A DNA stretch of 64,000 nucleotides from an uncultured Gemmatimonadales bacterium (GTDB taxonomy: Bacteria > Gemmatimonadota > Gemmatimonadetes > Longimicrobiales > RSA9), in contig CAWFKH010000005.1 of assembly GCA_963816355.1 (NCBI GenBank), positions 128,001 through 192,000 of the forward strand. Reading direction: 5' to 3'. This document shows, one piece after another, positions 58,789 to 64,000 of the stretch. The number at the start of each line of letters is the position of its first letter. Positions within the stretch are counted from its first letter, which is position 1. The translations under genes were made by a program, and so were the position numbers. The notes under the pieces were generated by a model. It ran no database searches, was not told the origin of the DNA, and was given only the letters and a program-made list of their open reading frames with translations.

Positions 58789-59640
58789 TCACGCCGCGAC
58801 GCCATGGCGACGTTCGAAGTTGAGCGGGGAGATCTGACCGAGCGCGGAGTGCCTGCGCCGCGGGTTGTAGAAGCCTTCGATGAAGTCGAAGACCGCCATG
58901 CGCGCCTCGGCCTGGGTCTTGAAGCGCTTCAGGTCGAGCAACTCGCATTCGAGCGTCGCGAAGAAGCTCTCGCACATCGCGTTGTCGTAGGCGTCTCCGA
59001 CCGAGCCCATCGAGGGCCGGACATCGACTTCCTTGCAGCGCAGGCCGAAGGCAATGGACGTGTATTGCGTGCCCTGATCCGAATGATGAATGACCTGCTT
59101 TGGCCGCCGCTGCCAGGTGGCCATGTTGAGCGCCTCGAGGACGAGCTCGGTGCGCAGATGCGTGGCCATGGCCCAACCGACGATCCGACGGCTCCAAGCG
59201 TCCAGGACGACCGCCAGGTAAAGGAAGCCGGCCCAGGTCGGGATGTAGGTGATGTCGGCGACCCAGAGCTGATCGGGGCCATCGGCCGTGAAGTCCCGCT
59301 CCACCAGGTCCGGAGCCGGACGCGCGTCCTTGTTGCGCTTGGTGGTCTTGGGGCCGCGCTTGCGACGACTCGCGCCCTGGATTTCCTCTTGCTTCATGAG
59401 GCGGCCTACGCGCTTCTCGCCCACCTCTTCTCCCGCCTCCTTCAGTTCCGCGAAGATCCGCGGGTGGCCGTAGACCTTCCTGTTCGCCTCGAACGCCGCC
59501 TTGATCTTCGTGACAAGCTCAGCATCTCGCTTGGCCCGCTCCGACGGGGGACGGTTCAGCCAGGCGTAGTAGCCGCTGGGGGAGAGACCCAGCACGCGGC
59601 ACATCGCCAGAATGGGGAACTCGGCCTGATTGGCGTTCAC
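58789..59640 (-). CDS. IS3 transposase OrfB (DDE)
   Basis: WVADITY, HHSDQGTQY, DNAMCESFFATLECE. Confidence 0.95.
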   Translation of the reverse strand: MNANQAEFPILAMCRVLGLSPSGYYAWLNRPPSERAKRDAELVTKIKAAFEANRKVYGHPRIFAELKEAGEEVGEKRVGRLMKQEEIQGASRRKRGPKTTKRNKDARPAPDLVERDFTADGPDQLWVADITYIPTWAGFLYLAVVLDAWSRRIVGWAMATHLRTELVLEALNMATWQRRPKQVIHHSDQGTQYTSIAFGLRCKEVDVRPSMGSVGDAYDNAMCESFFATLECELLDLKRFKTQAEARMAVFDFIEGFYNPRRRHSALGQISPLNFERRHGVAA

Positions 59641-59951
59641 GAATTCGAATCCCGATCCGGGATCGAGTTGCTCTCCCGAGCAAACCAGGCCGCGGCTTTT
59701 TTTAGGATGTCCCGCTCCAGCCGGAGTTGCCGGACCTCCCGCTTCAGTTGCCGCAACTCCTGCCGCTCAGCCGTCGTCAGGCCGTCGCTGCGGACCCCTT
59801 CGTCCAGGTCAGCCTGCTTAAGCCAGGTCCGGATCGCCCCCGCTGAGGGCTCAAACTCCCGGGCCACCTCCTCCGGGCTCCGCCCCGAGCGCACCAACTC
59901 GACGATCTGGCGCTTGAACTCCGGCGGGTACGCCGCATGATGTCCTGCCAT
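59637..59951 (-). CDS. IS3 transposase OrfA (HTH)
   Basis: YPPEFKRQIV...ERDILKKAAAWFA. Confidence 0.93.
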   Translation of the reverse strand: MAGHHAAYPPEFKRQIVELVRSGRSPEEVAREFEPSAGAIRTWLKQADLDEGVRSDGLTTAERQELRQLKREVRQLRLERDILKKAAAWFARESNSIPDRDSNS

Positions 59952-60611
59952 TGTGGACTCCTCCTGTTGACCTCACTACTGAGGTGTCCACGAAACCGGG
60001 TCAACTCCAGGGATCGAAGCGTCCTCAGTAGGATTGGATTCTGGTGCCGTTCCGTCAACATCCGGTCATCCGCGGCAACGATCCGGCCCGGGCGGCGCGA
60101 TGGAGTGGATGTAGTCCCAGCATTCGCGCCGAACCGCGGTGCGCTACTCACATCGTGCGTGACGAAACGGCCCTGTAACCGGTGGACTGTGGAAGGGGTC
60201 CCGAAGGCTAATCTCTGGACCGCCGAAATACCGAAACGGTGCCGCACGGGAGTCTTTTGTAGGCGCCGCGCCGATCTCCGTCCGGTCCGTCATCCAGACA
60301 TCGGCTGGCGGCGCACATGAGAGCTAACGGATCGTGTCTTTGTGTCGTAGATAGGAGGGGGCCGAGAATCAAGCGGCACCGCCATCGGCATGGCGCCAAC
60401 GACTGGGAGACCTCCACGCGGGAGAACCTATCGCTATCAGCTGCCGAACAGAAACTGCCATGGCTCGGGTTGTTCGAGTTCCTTCGTACGGTCGCGGTCG
60501 CGTTTTGCCCCGGGTGAGTTGCGCCTGTCGCCGCCTTATCTCGTCGGCACACGCCTTCGAGTCGTTTCCGATCGGGGCGTCGAGGGGACGGTCATCCAGG
60601 AGCGGCGGGTA

Positions 60612-60683
60612 CTGGACGAAGTCTAACGGACTGTTATATTCTGTCCCACCACGGCTGGACAAAATCTAACGGTGTGTTATATT
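60612..60683 (+). promoter_or_regulatory. Duplicated promoter/operator upstream of the AbiE operon
   Basis: Two 29-bp direct repeats (60612-60640, 60655-60683; 25 of 29 identical), each containing TAAC-N5-GTTA and a TGGAC...TG-TTATATT promoter-like layout. Confidence 0.7.
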
Positions 60684-60690
60684 TCATCCC

Positions 60691-61260
60691 ATGGAAACAC
60701 AGGCTTTCGCAATCGTTCACGAGATCGCGCTCGATCACCATGGCTATTTCACGATGGAGCAGGCGCGTGAGGCTGGTGTCGCTTCCATGGCCGTCGTGAT
60801 GATGGCGAAAAGAGGGACGATCGAGCGGGTCGCCCACGGTCTGTACCGCAATCCGCTCATTCCCATTTCGACCCTCGGGCCGTACATGGCGGCGACGTTG
60901 TGGCCCCAGGGAGCCCGTGGCGTCATCTCGCATCAGTCGGCGCTGGAGCTGCTCGGACTTTCAGACGCCAGCCCGGCTCGGATCCATCTCACGCTTCCGA
61001 AGAAGATGAGGGTCCGACGGAGTGTGCCGCGGCAGTACGTGCTCCACCACGCCGACCTGATTCCTTCCGATACCACACTCGTTGAGGGCATTCCCGTAAC
61101 TACGGCCGCTCGGACGATCCGGGACTGCCACGCCGTGCACCTTGGACCCGCGCTACTGCGCCAGGCGATCGACGATGGCCGACGGACCGGGCGGCTGACT
61201 GCCGCACAGGCCGCGGAACTCGAGGACGAAGTGCTTCCACACGTGGGGGAGGGGCGGTGA
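60691..61260 (+). CDS. Type IV TA antitoxin, AbiEi family
   Basis: HGYFT..QA, GTIERVAHGLYR, ISHQSALEL, GIPVTTAARTIRD. Confidence 0.9.
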   Translation: METQAFAIVHEIALDHHGYFTMEQAREAGVASMAVVMMAKRGTIERVAHGLYRNPLIPISTLGPYMAATLWPQGARGVISHQSALELLGLSDASPARIHLTLPKKMRVRRSVPRQYVLHHADLIPSDTTLVEGIPVTTAARTIRDCHAVHLGPALLRQAIDDGRRTGRLTAAQAAELEDEVLPHVGEGR

Positions 61261-62126
61261 GCGAGGACAGCGAGACCCGATCTGGTTTCAAGCCACCGCG
61301 GAGGACGCCGCCCCCGAGCCATCGGGCTCTTCTCCAGGTGGTCCAGCGGTACGCGGACTTCCACGGCGCTGCGCCGAACCGCGTTCAACGATGGATCGCG
61401 TTCATGGTGCTTGGCGGCGTGCTCAGCCGGATCGTGGATGACGGAAGCGACCCGCAGTTCCTCGTGAAGGGTGGCGTGTCCCTGGAGTTGCGACTTCGGT
61501 TACGTTCACGGGCCACGAAGGACTTCGATGCTACGTTCCGGGGTGAGCGCGACACCGCCCTGCGGTCTCTGGAGAATGCCTTCGCCGAACCGTACGAGGG
61601 ATTCACGTTTCGGATCGGTGGTGAGCCTCAGGAAACGATCCACATGACCCGCATCGAGGTCAAGGTCGAGTACATTGGTCGGGTCTGGTCTTCCATCACC
61701 ATGGAAATCTCGGCCTACGAGGGCACCGACATGCCAGCCGAGCACGTGCCCGCGATCAGCCTCTCAGATTTCGGACTGAAGGGCCCTGAACGTCTTCCGT
61801 GCTTGCCGCTCGTGAAGCAGGTGGCGCAGAAGCTCCATGCCATGACCGAGGAGTTGGAGAGCGGTCGACCGAACGAGCGTTTCCGGGATCTGTGGGATCT
61901 GTGGGTGCTGCGTGAGCTCGTGGTGCCCAGTGCGGAGCTCCGGGAGGTGTGCGAGGAGACGTTTCGCATTCGTGCGAAGCACCCATGGCCGCCCGAGGTT
62001 GTGGTCCACGATCACTGGGTCGAGCCGTTTGCGGCTCTCGCTGAACAGGAGGGGCTCTCGGTGCCGGAGGCTCAGGAAGCGGCCGAAAAAGTGCGCGAGT
62101 ACGTCCGCCTCATCGCCGAGGCGTAA
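61257..62126 (+). CDS. Type IV TA toxin, AbiEii nucleotidyltransferase
   Basis: VKGGVSL, RATKDFD, AQKLHA, RFRDLWDL; GTGA overlap with the antitoxin. Confidence 0.92.
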   Translation: MSEDSETRSGFKPPRRTPPPSHRALLQVVQRYADFHGAAPNRVQRWIAFMVLGGVLSRIVDDGSDPQFLVKGGVSLELRLRLRSRATKDFDATFRGERDTALRSLENAFAEPYEGFTFRIGGEPQETIHMTRIEVKVEYIGRVWSSITMEISAYEGTDMPAEHVPAISLSDFGLKGPERLPCLPLVKQVAQKLHAMTEELESGRPNERFRDLWDLWVLRELVVPSAELREVCEETFRIRAKHPWPPEVVVHDHWVEPFAALAEQEGLSVPEAQEAAEKVREYVRLIAEA

Positions 62127-62356
62127 TCCACCCCGACAACAAGAGACCCCCCTCTCCCAGAAACGGGTATCTGTGCCTCTCCTTCCGGCGCCTGCGCCGA
62201 CATTCAAGCAGCTTGCGCAACCGTCGCAGCTTTCGCGCATCGGCTGGTACTCGCCTGTCGTTTCGGTAGCGACGCGGCGCGCCTCGTGTCGCGGTGATCG
62301 CCCACCCTCATGAACTGCGCCCCTCGCGCACTGATACGGCTCGCTCCCGTGGGCAG

Positions 62357-62497
62357 CTGATCGGGGTGAGGGTGGAGCGGGAGAGCGTCGACCGAGTTCG
62401 CCGGTGGGCGCCCTGGGGGCCGGGCCGGCCGGCAAACTCTGACCGCCTGTCCTAAAGCGAGGACAGGCGGCCATCTATTCTCCATCACCCCGATCAG
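62357..62497. other. 141-bp structured palindromic element downstream of gyrB
   Basis: 13-bp perfect outer IR CTGATCGGGGTGA / TCACCCCGATCAG enclosing two hairpins. Confidence 0.55.
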
Positions 62498-62523
62498 AAC
62501 TTTCCCGGCCCGCCACGCCCGCC

Positions 62524-64000
<1,477 letters not shown>

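Larger units (their letters stand above)
58679..60009 (-). mobile_element. IS3-family element
   Basis: Ends TGGAGTTGACCCGGTTTCGTGGAC / TGAAGCTGTCCCGCTTACGTGGAC; 3-bp TSD GGG; A7 slippery run near 59700 on the coding strand. Confidence 0.93.

Noticed and set aside
58488..60247. Minus-strand ORF that rejoins in frame across the IS3
   Set aside because: The joined peptide has no recognisable motif or RBS, and an in-frame join occurs by chance one time in three.
60621..60640. GTCTAAC-N5-GTTATAT as an attC/attI site making AbiE a cassette
   Set aside because: No L boxes, long hairpin or downstream attC; position and duplication fit an autoregulatory operator better.

Overview
GC-rich bacterial chromosome window (Gemmatimonadota-like gene content; inference only). 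1-870: queD and a 6S RNA with its own promoter and terminator. About 1340-19500: an integron-type cassette array with a putative attI at ~1366, four attC sites and no intI in the window. It carries a GIY-YIG cassette, a membrane-protein cassette, a DUF4258/DUF2283 toxin-antitoxin cassette, a ~4.3 kb four-gene cassette (NYN ribonuclease, SIR2-APAZ, short prokaryotic Argonaute, small unknown ORF) and a disrupted fifth cassette. Seven insertion sequences riddle the array (IS110/IS1111 type, two IS1380, ISL3, two IS256, IS21). Three sit in or beside attC sites and two are nested in other IS, while the defence genes stay intact. 19.5-56.5 kb: mostly core genes (amidohydrolases, fumC, SDRs, trxB, FTR1 with a Fur-like box, ferredoxin reductase, asd, lysC, mlaEFD, mqnA, rho, VPS10-repeat hydrolase, APC permease, cyclase). 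56.6-62.5 kb: a second small island (unknown membrane protein, IS3, AbiE-type TA), then gyrB. The strongest candidate for a new system is the NYN + SIR2-APAZ + short pAgo + small ORF unit packaged as one cassette. Scattered single-base frameshifts may be sequencing errors. All family calls come from motifs read by eye; no searches were run.
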